Source: a virus
Reading direction: 5' to 3' (one strand)
Virus record (IMG/VR): IMGVR_UViG_3300005830_000045
Location: 16,480 to 80,479 of that record
DNA length: 64,000 nt
Position numbers and translations under genes: made by a program. The number at the start of each line of letters is the position of its first letter. The stretch's first letter is position 1. Positions 48,132-58,759 of this stretch are shown in pieces. The notes beneath the pieces are model-generated. The model was given only the letters and a program-made list of their open reading frames with translations, had not been told where the DNA came from and searched no databases.

Positions 48132-49279
48132 AAGACACCTTCAAGATATTGGCAACGGCTGACGTTCACATGAGCAATAGGCTTTCATATTCCAAGCCCA
48201 CGAAAGATGGCCTCACGGATAGGTTTGAAGGACAATTGTTGTTCTGGAAGATGGTCAAGGACACGTGTACAAGGGAAAATGTTGACGCCATTTTGATCCT
48301 TGGGGATTTGTTTGACAAGTCTATGGTCGATGCCGTCACGCTGACTCATACCGTTAAGGCAATCGTGGATTTGCCCTGTGATGTTTACATATTGCCCGGA
48401 AACCACGACGCTGCTTCCATTACAGGTGGAAGATTCATAGTTGAAGCTTTCGCTTCCATGAGGAAAGATCACGTACACGTGTTGCAAAAACCGTCAACTG
48501 GATATGCGTATTATTTGAACGAATGGATTAGAGTTTACCCTGTCCCTTTTTCAACGGCTGAAGTCGCAAAAAAATGTATACGTGCTTGCCAAAGAGAAAT
48601 AGTGGAATGCAAATCAAGCGGCCAAGACATTCTTCTCATACATCATAGTGTTATCGGTTGCGAACATCTTGGGTGGAAGTGCGATCAAGGGCTTGATTCC
48701 GATTTCATCTGTGAAGGTTTCGATGCCATTTGGGCCGGTCACTTCCATAGACACCAGAGATTTGGACCGGATTTGATGGGTTTTTACCTTGGTGCGCCGA
48801 TGCATCACGACTTTGGTGATGTTGGAAGAGAAACCTTTATTTGGATCATGGAATTGACGCATGATTCGATAATTGAAAGACCTTTGGAAGTCAATTGCAC
48901 TTCCAGGTTTTATTCCACTAAATTTGATGTTAGCAGTATGTCTTGGAGTGGATTTGATCCGGCTGAAGTCGCATACAAGTACGGTGATTTTCATAGAGAT
49001 GAAGTTGTTGCTACGCACGAACAGTGGACTGAATTAAAGCCTAGTTTGCTGTCGAGAAAGAAAGAAATGGAAAAGATTGGAGTTAGGTATTCTTTCAAGC
49101 ACAAGCCTGTTAGGAGCCATGAGGAACGTCTTGTGAAAGAGGATGACGCCGAAATCTTGACGTTGGAAAAGCAAATAAAAAGGTACACAGATAAGGCTTG
49201 GACCGGTGACGAGAAGAGGAAAGGCGCTGTCCTTGGGTACGGGCTTGAGTTGCTGAAGGAAGCACGCAATGCTCGTTAG
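48128..49279 (+). CDS. SbcD/Mre11-like nuclease
   Basis: ADVH, GDLFD, PGNHD, IHH, GHFH. Confidence 0.92.
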   Translation: MKDTFKILATADVHMSNRLSYSKPTKDGLTDRFEGQLLFWKMVKDTCTRENVDAILILGDLFDKSMVDAVTLTHTVKAIVDLPCDVYILPGNHDAASITGGRFIVEAFASMRKDHVHVLQKPSTGYAYYLNEWIRVYPVPFSTAEVAKKCIRACQREIVECKSSGQDILLIHHSVIGCEHLGWKCDQGLDSDFICEGFDAIWAGHFHRHQRFGPDLMGFYLGAPMHHDFGDVGRETFIWIMELTHDSIIERPLEVNCTSRFYSTKFDVSSMSWSGFDPAEVAYKYGDFHRDEVVATHEQWTELKPSLLSRKKEMEKIGVRYSFKHKPVRSHEERLVKEDDAEILTLEKQIKRYTDKAWTGDEKRKGAVLGYGLELLKEARNAR

Positions 49280-51161
49280 GATGTGCGCTGTGAATTTCTG
49301 TTCGTTCAAATGTGTCGAGCTTCCTCTTTCTGGGCAAGGTTTGGTTTGGATAGGAGGGCAGAACAACGATAGTGAAGGTGCCACTTCCAATGGGGCAGGG
49401 AAGTCTACTATATTCAAGGCGCTCACTTGGGGTTTGTACGGCGAAACGATTGATGGCGAGAAAGGTGATGGGGTTATCCGTCACGGGCAGGCAGAAGCAG
49501 AGGTCTTGATAGACATTGCGCCGTGTTGGACGTTGAGGCGAATACGAAAAAAGGGGGTGACGAAACTTCTGTTTCACAGGAAAGGAGTTGGCGCTTTTGA
49601 AGGCGACAAGAAGCAGATTCAGACCAAGATAAATGAAATTATTGGTTTAGACTTCAAGGCTTTCAAGAACACGATTTTGTACGGGCAGAACGATTCAGCC
49701 CGGTTTGCTGATTCAAGGGTGCGTGATGCTGAGCGAAAAGACATGTTGAACCGGATTATGCGGACTGGAATCTTGAAAGATTGCCATAAGTTGGCCTTGT
49801 CTCTGGCAAGAGACAAGAAAACAAAAGTTGTTGAGAGCGAACAAAAGATTTCTTCCATGAATGTGTTTGCCGGAACGTTGAAAAGCAATCTGAAAGAAGA
49901 AGAGAAAAATTCAGAGATTTGGGAAGAAAACCGAAAAGGGAAGATTGCGAAACTTTGTTGCATGGTTGATTCTATCAAGTCTGACGTAAAAGCCATGATG
50001 GAAGGCACGGAAGATGTTGGCTCGTTGCGCGAGAAGAAATTTAAGTTGCGCACGGCAATATCGAGGGCTGAACGGGCAAAGGTGATGGGCGAGCATTATC
50101 GTTCGCGGCGTGCAACAAATTCCTCGTTGGCTGAAAAACATTTTTATGAGTCTAGGGCAATTCAGTCCTCAATAAATCTCATCCAAAATGAGCTCAAAAA
50201 CCTTGAAGGCGAAAGGTGCCCGGTTTGCAATGGCAACTTGAAGAGTGAAGATACAAAGAAGCACAAAGATGATTTGGAAGAACAAATCCAGACACTGGAA
50301 GAAGAGAAAGAAAAAGCAATAAAGTTGGGGCGTGAACTTCGTGACGTTGCCGCTGATGACTTGAAGAAAGCGGAGAAAGCAGAGGCCAAGGCAGTCCGTA
50401 TTTCTAGTTATCGCGCACGACTTGAAAGCATCCAATACAAGATACATGCAGCAGAAACGACAGTAGAGCGGGCAAAGGAGACACTAAAAGGCGCACGAAT
50501 GATCGCTGACCAAATCAAAGAGGTCAAGGAAGAAGAAAACCCGCATCATGATCGTATTCTTCGGTTGCAAAGCTATATAATCAAGTTGGTGGATGAAATC
50601 AGAGAAGAGAATAAATTCTTGAAAGCTCACAATGATGAATTGGAACTTCTTGAGTTTTGGAGCAGAGGGTTCTCAGGCCAAGGTCTGCCTTCGTACATAC
50701 TTGACGGCGTGATGCAACAGATTACAGACCGTGCCAATCACTACCTCGACACTTTGGCAGACGGCGACATCACGATGGAATTCAAAACGCAACGCGAGTT
50801 GAAATCATCCAAAGGTGAATATCGGGATGAAATAGATATACGTTGGACGGTTGAAGGGGTGTCTGGTTATCCGCCATCAGGAGGTCAGCAGCGCAAGATG
50901 GAGATTGCGACTGATCTTGCCCTTATGGATTTGGCGGAATCACTTGAAGGTTCCAAGCTTGATTTGTTCATTGCGGATGAGATATTGGATGGTTTGGACG
51001 TGGAAGGGACAAACCGCGTTTTGAAGCTTTTGCAGGAGCTACGGTCACGGCGTGAAACCATATTCGTTATTTCGCATCAATCTAGCATGAGTGAAATATT
51101 TGAAAAGTCGCTATACGTTGAAAAAAATGAAGGAATATCCACTTTGGGAGATCCAAAATGA
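49269..51161 (+). CDS. SbcC/Rad50-like ATPase
   Basis: NGAGKS, CPVC Zn hook, SGGQ, DEILDGLD, ISH. Confidence 0.93.
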   Translation: MLVRMCAVNFCSFKCVELPLSGQGLVWIGGQNNDSEGATSNGAGKSTIFKALTWGLYGETIDGEKGDGVIRHGQAEAEVLIDIAPCWTLRRIRKKGVTKLLFHRKGVGAFEGDKKQIQTKINEIIGLDFKAFKNTILYGQNDSARFADSRVRDAERKDMLNRIMRTGILKDCHKLALSLARDKKTKVVESEQKISSMNVFAGTLKSNLKEEEKNSEIWEENRKGKIAKLCCMVDSIKSDVKAMMEGTEDVGSLREKKFKLRTAISRAERAKVMGEHYRSRRATNSSLAEKHFYESRAIQSSINLIQNELKNLEGERCPVCNGNLKSEDTKKHKDDLEEQIQTLEEEKEKAIKLGRELRDVAADDLKKAEKAEAKAVRISSYRARLESIQYKIHAAETTVERAKETLKGARMIADQIKEVKEEENPHHDRILRLQSYIIKLVDEIREENKFLKAHNDELELLEFWSRGFSGQGLPSYILDGVMQQITDRANHYLDTLADGDITMEFKTQRELKSSKGEYRDEIDIRWTVEGVSGYPPSGGQQRKMEIATDLALMDLAESLEGSKLDLFIADEILDGLDVEGTNRVLKLLQELRSRRETIFVISHQSSMSEIFEKSLYVEKNEGISTLGDPK

Positions 51162-51385
51162 AAGGCGTTGTCATCGAGGGTGAAAAAACTCTCAAAGAAG
51201 AGAAACAGACAAATATAGGTCTTGATTGCCCGGATTGCGGAGCAGATATGCGGAAGTGTACGAAAATTAGTATTAAATCTCGGTTCAACCAAGATGAAGA
51301 TGTGATGGATACGGATTGCGGTGAATCAAAAGTACGATTCATTTGCGACGTTTGTGGATATGAGGAAGAAGTGGTTGAACCATAG
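51158..51385 (+). CDS. Zn-ribbon protein
   Basis: CPDCG...CDVCG. Confidence 0.65.
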   Translation: MKGVVIEGEKTLKEEKQTNIGLDCPDCGADMRKCTKISIKSRFNQDEDVMDTDCGESKVRFICDVCGYEEEVVEP

Positions 51386-51401
51386 GATGAAATCATGACT
51401 A

Positions 51402-52139
51402 TTGTGGAAGGAATTAGGTCATGAAATGGTGAAAGTGATTGGCGCTGATTTGTCTTTGAATCACGGTGCTCTCGTTGAGTTGGTTGACGGCAATATTTCT
51501 GATTTCTGGTATTATACAGATTATGCTGGTTCTGCTGGGAGGTCCAAAAGAGGATTTAGGATGCCTTCTTGGGCAAAAAAGAAGGACAGACAGATAAAAC
51601 AGATGTATCGTATTGCGTGGATTGTTGACTTTCTCGAAAAAGTATTCAGGCAATCTCAAGCCGAATATATAGGCATAGAGGATTATGCTCTTGATGTGGG
51701 CCATGGCGCGCACTATCAAGGCGAAGTAGGCGGTGTTGCTCGCCTGAGTTGTTGGAATAGAGGTCTCAAGATGCGCCTTCATGATCCGGTAACTGTGAAG
51801 ATGTTTGCGGCGCACAAGGGAAACGCTGATAAATTTGAGATGGAAGCAGCCGTTGTTGAGCGTTGGGGCATAGATTTCGATTTCTGCAACCAACCCAAAG
51901 CGCAACCGTCAAAGCGTGTTTCTGATCCCAAGCAGAACAGACAAACTAGCCAAGATTTGTGCGATGCTTACGCCTTGGCTCAAATAGTTTGGACAGAAGT
52001 ACAACTCAGGAAAGGAACACTTACGCTTGCAGAATTGCACGAAAAAGAAGTGCGTGTTTTTAACCGTGTTACGCGTAGCTATCCGATTGGCCTACTTGAT
52101 CGTGAATGGATTGTTGATCCGGAAAGGGAGATGAATTAG
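51402..52139 (+). CDS. RuvC-like Holliday junction resolvase
   Basis: IGADLSL, IEDYA, GEVGG, KGNADK, DLCDAYALA. Confidence 0.85.
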   Translation: MWKELGHEMVKVIGADLSLNHGALVELVDGNISDFWYYTDYAGSAGRSKRGFRMPSWAKKKDRQIKQMYRIAWIVDFLEKVFRQSQAEYIGIEDYALDVGHGAHYQGEVGGVARLSCWNRGLKMRLHDPVTVKMFAAHKGNADKFEMEAAVVERWGIDFDFCNQPKAQPSKRVSDPKQNRQTSQDLCDAYALAQIVWTEVQLRKGTLTLAELHEKEVRVFNRVTRSYPIGLLDREWIVDPEREMN

Positions 52140-52211
52140 TGTCTTGTGCGGTTTATAGGGTTGTTTGTTTGGTCGATTGGCATTGTTACGTTTGAAGTTC
52201 AAAGGATATAG

Positions 52212-53195
52212 ATGGGCGCTTCTGTTGAAAGGCGTTGGGAGAAGAAAAAGATGGCAATAAAAGCTGATAATTTGATTTTGGATGGCCGAAATTTATTGTT
52301 TCGTGCTTCTGATGCTTTTCGCACTTTGACTACTGAGATTGGCGGTCGTGAAATAGGTTGCGGCGGAATGTATGGATTTTTGAGCGTTGCTGTTCGACTA
52401 CACAGAAGATATGGAGGCAGGTGTTGGGTGGCTTGGGAGGGGAAGAAAGAGGACAACTTCCGCTTGGACATTTTCCCTGCCTACAAGAAGAAAAAGAAAT
52501 GTATTACAGAAGAAGAAATCGAATTCATCACAGATATGATGGAGCAGGAAAAGCGTTTGATGGTGATGCTTCGCGCAATGGGTGTTAGACAATATATGGG
52601 CGTGCATTGTGAGGCAGATGACGTGATGGCTTGGATAGCCGAAAACGCCCACCAAAGAGGTGAGTCAACGATCATTTACACAGGAGATTCAGACTTGCGC
52701 CAACTTGTGAAGGGTGGGACCACGAGAAACGGCATTGCCGTGGTTTCTCCTGGTCTCAAATCCGTTGACGTGGTATATGACACATCGAAGTCTGTGAAGG
52801 AAAAGCATGGCGTATATCCTGCATTCCTTGCAGATTTGAAGGCGTTGGCTGGTGATTCCTCTGACAGCATTCCTGGTGTTCGTGGAATTGGCCAGAAAAC
52901 AGCGGCTACGCTCATTGAACATTTTGGGGATGTGAAAAAGGTTATCCTCGCTGCTGCTTCCACTAGTGAAGAAGATTGGCCTGTTGCTGAGCGATTTCGG
53001 AAAGCTTTGATCGAGAACAGGCGTGATATTCTTTTGTACAAGAAGTTGACAGTAATAAAACCTGATGTGGAGGTGCAAGAGATTGCCCGGAAGCGAGACC
53101 AAGATGTGCTTCGTAAGCACTTTCACGTTTACAGATTTAGGTCTTTGCTTTCTCATAACGAATTGATTGACCTCATGAAGATGGGGAAGGAGTGA
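52212..53195 (+). CDS. 5'-3' exonuclease / flap endonuclease (PolI N-terminal-like)
   Basis: LDGRNL, YK, EADD, TGDSDLRQL, GDSSDSIPGVRGIGQKTA. Confidence 0.95.
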   Translation: MGASVERRWEKKKMAIKADNLILDGRNLLFRASDAFRTLTTEIGGREIGCGGMYGFLSVAVRLHRRYGGRCWVAWEGKKEDNFRLDIFPAYKKKKKCITEEEIEFITDMMEQEKRLMVMLRAMGVRQYMGVHCEADDVMAWIAENAHQRGESTIIYTGDSDLRQLVKGGTTRNGIAVVSPGLKSVDVVYDTSKSVKEKHGVYPAFLADLKALAGDSSDSIPGVRGIGQKTAATLIEHFGDVKKVILAAASTSEEDWPVAERFRKALIENRRDILLYKKLTVIKPDVEVQEIARKRDQDVLRKHFHVYRFRSLLSHNELIDLMKMGKE

Positions 53196-53739
53196 ACATG
53201 AAATTTACTAAGCACGCGAAGAAAAGTATAAAGGACGAAGCAGAACAGCGTAAAACTCCAAAGGGGATGACTAAAAACGGTGAGCGTATCTTCAACCTGA
53301 TGCGTGATAATAAAGTGAAAGGGAATTGGAAGGATTGGGTGTTATTTGTTGGCGATAGAATGCTTGATAGATACGGAACATATACCATCGCTTTGGGCGA
53401 AAACGAGATTGTCCAAAATCATATATTCTTAGCGCATAAATCGAAGCTTTCAAATATACTTGGAGAGGAGTTTGGTAGCAAGTTCTGGGACAATAAGTGG
53501 AAGCGGAGAACGAACTATGGAGCGCCACCAGCGCAGAGAACCAAATGATGGGCAGAGAAAAGAATAATGATTGCACTTTGGAAGAAAGGGTGAAAGCGTA
53601 TGACTACCGCGCTATGGCCTATAAGTACGGCCAACCTGGTGCTCTTGAAAAGGTTTGCAAGGAAGTCATCGAGCTGAAGCGAGAATTGAAATTGCTTGGA
53701 CTGGTGCTTGAAATGGTCGATGAATATCCTTATCTGTGA
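53192..53739 (+). CDS. Two small hypothetical proteins (53192-53548 and about 53545-53739)
   Basis: Coupled overlapping ORFs; no motif. Confidence 0.5.
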
Positions 53740-54227
53740 AGGGAGCAGTGATGTCAAAGATGGGTCATAACGAATATTATATGCGCATTGCGGCTGTCGT
53801 TGCGATGAGGGGCACTTGCGATAGAAGGCAATGCGGCGCTGTTCTTGTTGCCGGTGACCGTGTTTTGTCGACTGGATTCAATGGCGCTCCGTCTGGTTTG
53901 CCGGAGTGTGATGAAGTAGGCCATCTGATGGATGAATGTGGGCATTGTATCCGGACTATTCACGCTGAGGCAAATGCTGTTTTGGAAGTAGGCATCAACA
54001 AGATCAGGAATTTTATTCAATTGGGCCAGGAATTGACGATGTATGCCACAACTTTCCCTTGTCATTACTGTATGAAATTGATCGTTCAGGCTGGAATAAA
54101 TAGGATTGTTTATGGTGGAGAGTACAGGGATGATTCGCACATTAGCGATGCGATGTCATACGGATTTGACGTGTCTCGACAGCTGGGGATAGAGCTCATT
54201 CCTTTCCCAATGGAAGGTTTTAAATGA
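53736..54227 (+). CDS. dCMP deaminase
   Basis: TCDRRQCGA, TGFNGAPSG, HAEANA, PCHYC. Confidence 0.93.
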   Translation: MKGAVMSKMGHNEYYMRIAAVVAMRGTCDRRQCGAVLVAGDRVLSTGFNGAPSGLPECDEVGHLMDECGHCIRTIHAEANAVLEVGINKIRNFIQLGQELTMYATTFPCHYCMKLIVQAGINRIVYGGEYRDDSHISDAMSYGFDVSRQLGIELIPFPMEGFK

Positions 54228-54680
54228 AATGGAAACTAAATTTGCCTTATCTTACAGAGGCAGAACGCGGTAGATTCATAGAGATGGTTGAAAATGGAGA
54301 TTTGACTTTCTTTCAACAGGCATCTTGCGAGCATTGCGGCGGTGATGTCCCAATAGTAAAAGATGAACAAGGCGTCCAGATCAAGCTTTATTGTTCTGTC
54401 GCCTGTTTCGAGGAAAGTGAAGAGCATGACGAACAAGAGGGACAAGATGAACAGGATGATTTCTGGGAGTTGGATTGATGATATGGTCGAAAGTGTAGGG
54501 AAGCACATTTCGCTTGAGACTAAGGATGGTGTCGTTCGCGAGGGAAGAATGACAGGGCTGTCTTCCATGACGCTGGTCTGGAACAATGAAAATGTCGAAA
54601 TCTTGACAGAGGTAGAACTGAACGGTGACCCTTACGACCGTGTTCCGTTGGACAGGATCAAAGAAATAACATTGATTTAG
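54224..54680 (+). CDS. Two small proteins: Zn-finger-like (54224-54478) and Sm-like/beta-rich (about 54447-54680)
   Basis: CEHC...YCSVAC; VGKHISLETKDG...EG...VPLDRIKEI. Confidence 0.5.
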
Positions 54681-54776
54681 TTGGGTTTTTCGTTTTTTCG
54701 ACAAGCCTAGTTGTTTTTTTCTTTCCTTTGGCCTATAAATCGGTTATGTTTTAAGGCATTCACAGGAGTTTGCCAT

Positions 54777-55265
54777 ATGGTTACGAAAAAACACAAGGGC
54801 AGGCCAAAGCAACCGACGTGCCCGCATTGCAAAAGGCCTCTTTTCAAGAGGATGGATGCTGGACAAGTTCAGAAGTCTGATCCCTATAGTTGGTGCCGCA
54901 ATAAATCGTGTGCCTGGTACAACAAAAGTCAGACTGATGATTCTTCTTTCACTCCTCTGCCAGGTGACGGGTCTGGCTGCAAGCGTCTGAAGAAAAAGAA
55001 ACTTCGTAAAAAGGTGAAAGCCACTAAGAAGGCAATAGCAGCCAAGCCTAAGCAGACAGAGGCAGAGCCTGTGACTAAGGCACGGGAAAGAATAAAGCGT
55101 GTTTTAGAGGCAGCAGAGAAGCAATACGGGGCAAATGCGATTGGCCTTGCTCTTGCTATCGTTTCGCAAGAAACTGGAAACCAAAAGGCGGCAAATCTAC
55201 TTATTGAGGAATACAACCTAATAGAGTTGTACGGCATATTGCCGCAGAAACGAGAAAAAAGTTGA
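54777..55265 (+). CDS. Basic Zn-ribbon protein
   Basis: CPHC...CRNKSC; Lys-rich; AGGAG SD. Confidence 0.6.
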   Translation: MVTKKHKGRPKQPTCPHCKRPLFKRMDAGQVQKSDPYSWCRNKSCAWYNKSQTDDSSFTPLPGDGSGCKRLKKKKLRKKVKATKKAIAAKPKQTEAEPVTKARERIKRVLEAAEKQYGANAIGLALAIVSQETGNQKAANLLIEEYNLIELYGILPQKREKS

Positions 55266-55921
55266 TCCTGGTGGAGCCGTCTTATGAGATAATCAAATGG
55301 CCGTGTGATGCGCTTCAAATGATCGAAGCAGCGGCACGAAACTGTTACAAATCCGAGCATCGCACCAAAAATGGTTCGGCTGAGTCTTTAGTGCGTCGCC
55401 TGATCAAACACGGGCACACTGCTATGATCGAATTTGGTGGTGACGTTTATGTCAAATTCACCTCCAATAGAGGATTCACCCACGAGCTTGTCAGGCACAG
55501 GCTGGCCAGTTACGCGCAAGAGAGCACGAGGTATTGCAACTATTCAAAAGACAAGTTCACGAGGAACGTCAAGAACGTTTCCGGAGATTCAATGCACCAT
55601 TGTTTCAAAAACGGATATTCACTCAATCTCTACGTGCATGGGTTGAATGAGTGTTTTCGTTTTTGCGAGGAGTGGTATTTGAAGATGGTGGACGCAGGTG
55701 TTCCGCTTGATTGCGCAAGAGAGGTTTTGAACATCGGCCTGAAGGCAGATGTGGTGATGAAAGCAAACATTGTTGAGTGGAGGCACGTGTTCCGTCAGCG
55801 GACATCGAAGAAAGCGCATCCTCGAATGAGGCAACTCATGGTGCCGCTCCTGTTGGATTTGAACGAAAAAATTCCGGTAGTGTTCGAGGATTTGGCTGAA
55901 AAAGTTGCCAAAAAAGTCTAA
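55262..55921 (+). CDS. thyX: FAD-dependent thymidylate synthase (canonical)
   Basis: GHTAMIE; RGFTHELVRHRLASYAQESTRY; AREVL; QRTSKKAHPRMR. Confidence 0.95.
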   Translation: MILVEPSYEIIKWPCDALQMIEAAARNCYKSEHRTKNGSAESLVRRLIKHGHTAMIEFGGDVYVKFTSNRGFTHELVRHRLASYAQESTRYCNYSKDKFTRNVKNVSGDSMHHCFKNGYSLNLYVHGLNECFRFCEEWYLKMVDAGVPLDCAREVLNIGLKADVVMKANIVEWRHVFRQRTSKKAHPRMRQLMVPLLLDLNEKIPVVFEDLAEKVAKKV

Positions 55922-55939
55922 CAATCTCGCCAAAGTTCA

Positions 55940-56000
55940 AAAAAAGTTGCTTCCAAGACAAAAAAGGTCTTGACTTTGGGGGCTTGATGGCATTAGTCTG
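55940..56000 (+). promoter_or_regulatory. Phage early-type promoter
   Basis: AAAAAAGTTG...TTGACT-18-TAGTCT; homologous to 27388-27448. Confidence 0.65.
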
Positions 56001-56042
56001 TAATTACTGGACGCAACGAACAAACTCCAAAGGAGAAAGACC

Positions 56043-57032
56043 ATGGCCGCCGAATCAAAGCCTTTCACTATCGCCGCAACTTACCTCATGTGGATTGGCA
56101 GCGAGCACTATAAGACGGCAAAAGATTGGATTTCGGAAGCGTTGGAGCAGGGAGTGTCCAAAAGACTCCCTAATGACCATATGGGCGCAGCGCTCCTTCG
56201 TCCGGGCACAGTCGTTTTTGTCGCGCACGATGAAGGCGAGCACTCCTCTTGTCCGGAGTGCGCAGGAGTTGCCGCTTGCCCGGAGTGCCGAAAGAACGCA
56301 GAAGCGGAGCAGAGAGAATTAGCCGTCGCAGAGAGATTTCTTGAAGAGGCAAAGAAGCACGAAAATGGCTCAAGCGAGCACAAGAGTTGTTATCTCAGAG
56401 CAAAAAACGCTAGGAAAAGGGCCCAAAAGCACGACGATAACCAGCTAAATTGTGAACTTTGTTTCGGAAGCGGATATGTGGGAGAAGGCACAGGCGGCAA
56501 CGTCATCTTTGAAAACGGAGAATCTTGGGACTACAGGAAGTACATGTATTACAGGAATCAACCAAAGAAGTGGACCCCAGCAGCTGAAGGCGGCATCGCC
56601 AAGATGGATATGTGCCAGGCGTGTGGCGGATTTGGCAGACTTCCAGAGGGCAAAGTTTTCGGCATGTTCGTTCCGGAGAAAATTGAATATATCGCCACAG
56701 GCGATGAAGAGAAGTCAAAGGCGATGGAAGAGAAAGGGTTTGTAATCGTTCCCTTCGGTGGGCTTTCCGCTGAGAAAAAGCGTGGATGCGGTAAGCGCAA
56801 GCCGGGTGGTGTTTACGTAGCGACCAAGGCGGGCAGCGAGTCAACGGCAGGCGCAGACGCAGTGGAAGCACTCAAACTCGATAGCGATGCCATCGAGGTC
56901 AAAGGCAACTTCGTATCTTTTACTCAGCCAATCGACATTGCCGGAACCAAAAGATTTCGTGGTTTGTCTCGTTGGGAAATGCCGGTTGAGGTTGAGGAGG
57001 AAGCAGAGATGATAGCAGAGGCAATGGAGTAG
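56043..57032 (+). CDS. Cys-rich protein with DnaJ-like CxxCxGxG repeats
   Basis: CPECAG, CPEC, CELCFGSG, CQACGGFG, RGCGKRKPGG; AAGGAG SD. Confidence 0.7.
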   Translation: MAAESKPFTIAATYLMWIGSEHYKTAKDWISEALEQGVSKRLPNDHMGAALLRPGTVVFVAHDEGEHSSCPECAGVAACPECRKNAEAEQRELAVAERFLEEAKKHENGSSEHKSCYLRAKNARKRAQKHDDNQLNCELCFGSGYVGEGTGGNVIFENGESWDYRKYMYYRNQPKKWTPAAEGGIAKMDMCQACGGFGRLPEGKVFGMFVPEKIEYIATGDEEKSKAMEEKGFVIVPFGGLSAEKKRGCGKRKPGGVYVATKAGSESTAGADAVEALKLDSDAIEVKGNFVSFTQPIDIAGTKRFRGLSRWEMPVEVEEEAEMIAEAME

Positions 57033-57139
57033 CGCTCCTCGTTGTTCTCGTCGTGTGCCGTAGCTTCTGGCCTGTACTCTTTTATGGTGCGGGCTTGAGG
57101 CGTCAGAAAGACACAATTCTGCGAAAAGAAAGGCTTGCT

Positions 57140-57475
57140 ATGAGAACTTATAATGTTAGAGGTGTGCTCCTGTATGACGGAAAAGGCGTCAACTTGGTCA
57201 GGGACGATAAGAATATGACAGAAGCGGAGCTTTGCCGTGTCCTCTCTGTTACGCTTGAGGTGCGTGAGGAGTTCAACCGGTCCATTGAGTCTTTGCGGAA
57301 GCTTCTTGGGTACGTCAACGGGGTGCCTTCCCTCGATAAAGAGCTTGATTCCGATTGGCCGCCAGCTGAATTCTCTGAACAGGGCACGAATAAAGGCCTA
57401 TTTGGCGACATCTTAGGCTCTGATGGTGAGCGTTGGACCCGTGTGATAGAAGAATTATTGGACGGAGATTTGTAA
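57140..57475 (+). CDS. Hypothetical protein
   Basis: ORF fills the gap; ATG after AAAGG. Confidence 0.5.
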   Translation: MRTYNVRGVLLYDGKGVNLVRDDKNMTEAELCRVLSVTLEVREEFNRSIESLRKLLGYVNGVPSLDKELDSDWPPAEFSEQGTNKGLFGDILGSDGERWTRVIEELLDGDL

Positions 57476-57505
57476 ACGATTCCAGTCAGTTATGAAAAGA
57501 TCAAG

Positions 57506-57551
57506 AAAAGTTGAAAAAAGGCTTTACACCTACCATGAAAAAGGTGATACT
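57506..57551 (+). promoter_or_regulatory. Phage early-type promoter
   Basis: AAAAGTTGAAAAAAGG, TTTACA-17-GATACT. Confidence 0.6.
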
Positions 57552-57559
57552 GTCTATAG

Positions 57560-57742
57560 GTGGAGGACAAAATGGTAAAAGTTTGTGGCTTGTGCGGAAC
57601 AACTATTGGGGGCAACCCGGCAACCGCAGAGGATTTCGAGATTTCTCACGGTAAGTTTGAAGTTGAATTGGATGAATTGGATGAATTGGAAATATGTCAG
57701 TCCTGTTGCGATAAGAGAAGTTCTGACTTAGAAGAAAGCTAA
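57560..57742 (+). CDS. Small Zn-binding hypothetical protein
   Basis: CGLCG...CQSC; GGAGG SD (true start probably 57572). Confidence 0.55.
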   Translation: MEDKMVKVCGLCGTTIGGNPATAEDFEISHGKFEVELDELDELEICQSCCDKRSSDLEES

Positions 57743-57825
57743 AAAATGAGGAGTGGGTGCCGCCTTGCCCGGAGTAATTCATTATCGCAGCAAACTTCTT
57801 TATATTTTATCGCAGGAGGTTTGCT

Positions 57826-58710
57826 ATGGGCTATTTCGATGTTGGGGCAACCGGTGAAAAGATAAAAGAAGTTCAAGAAGCACTTCTGGCTTTGGGCTAT
57901 GAATTGCCTAAGTATGGCGCAGATGGTGTTGTCAATTTTGAGACAATCGCTGCTTTAGAAGATTTTTCTGAAGACCATGGTTGCTCTGATATTGTGAATG
58001 ACGCTTGGGAGTGGTGGATGGACGTTGTTGTCGCTCAAGGCGTTGTTTCCAGCGTTATGGCCATGGCCAAGGATGTTTCCCGTTCTGATATTTCTTTTCA
58101 GTCTAGTGATGTTGATTTTCACGACATCAGCGAAGTGCACCCTCGAAAGGCGTCAAAGGGATTTCGTCCGTGGAAGCAAATAACAGGGATAACACTCCAT
58201 CAGACGGGCATCATGCTCGGCAACAATTTTTCGAGGTTTGCGAGTCTGCGAGCGCATATCGGGATATTGAAGCTCAAAAGGCCCACAATTGTTCAGGTTT
58301 ATCCTTTCAATGTGCTCCTTCACCACGGAAACGCTTTCAACTCCACCGATGTAGGAATAGAGATCAACGGCTGTTTCGAGGGCATCGATGGAAAGAAGTG
58401 GACCGCTTGGAAAGGAGGATACAAGAATGAACCGCATAGGTGTACGGATGAGCAAATAATCGCGGCACGGGTGGCTGTCAGGAAGATTTGTACAGATGTG
58501 GAAGCGCATGGCGGAGAAGTGAGGTTCATCCACGCGCACAGGCAAACCTCGAAAACACGGCAGTCTGATCCCGGCTCACGAGTATGGAAAGAAGTAGGCG
58601 TTTGGGCGCAAAAGGTTTTGGGCTTGGGCGATGGAGGCGATGGTTTTACGCTCAGGGACGGGCTGCCGATACCACGTCAATGGGACCCAAATCGCACAGG
58701 AGAATACTGA
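57826..58710 (+). CDS. Endolysin: PG-binding domain + N-acetylmuramoyl-L-alanine amidase
   Basis: VQEALLALGYELPKYGADGV...ET..AL; ITLHQTG, HHGN, GIEING, AHRQ...SDPG. Confidence 0.88.
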   Translation: MGYFDVGATGEKIKEVQEALLALGYELPKYGADGVVNFETIAALEDFSEDHGCSDIVNDAWEWWMDVVVAQGVVSSVMAMAKDVSRSDISFQSSDVDFHDISEVHPRKASKGFRPWKQITGITLHQTGIMLGNNFSRFASLRAHIGILKLKRPTIVQVYPFNVLLHHGNAFNSTDVGIEINGCFEGIDGKKWTAWKGGYKNEPHRCTDEQIIAARVAVRKICTDVEAHGGEVRFIHAHRQTSKTRQSDPGSRVWKEVGVWAQKVLGLGDGGDGFTLRDGLPIPRQWDPNRTGEY

Positions 58711-58759
58711 AAAGCGTTTTTATTTCTCCAAAGATTCCAGCCTGATATAAAAAAGTTCC

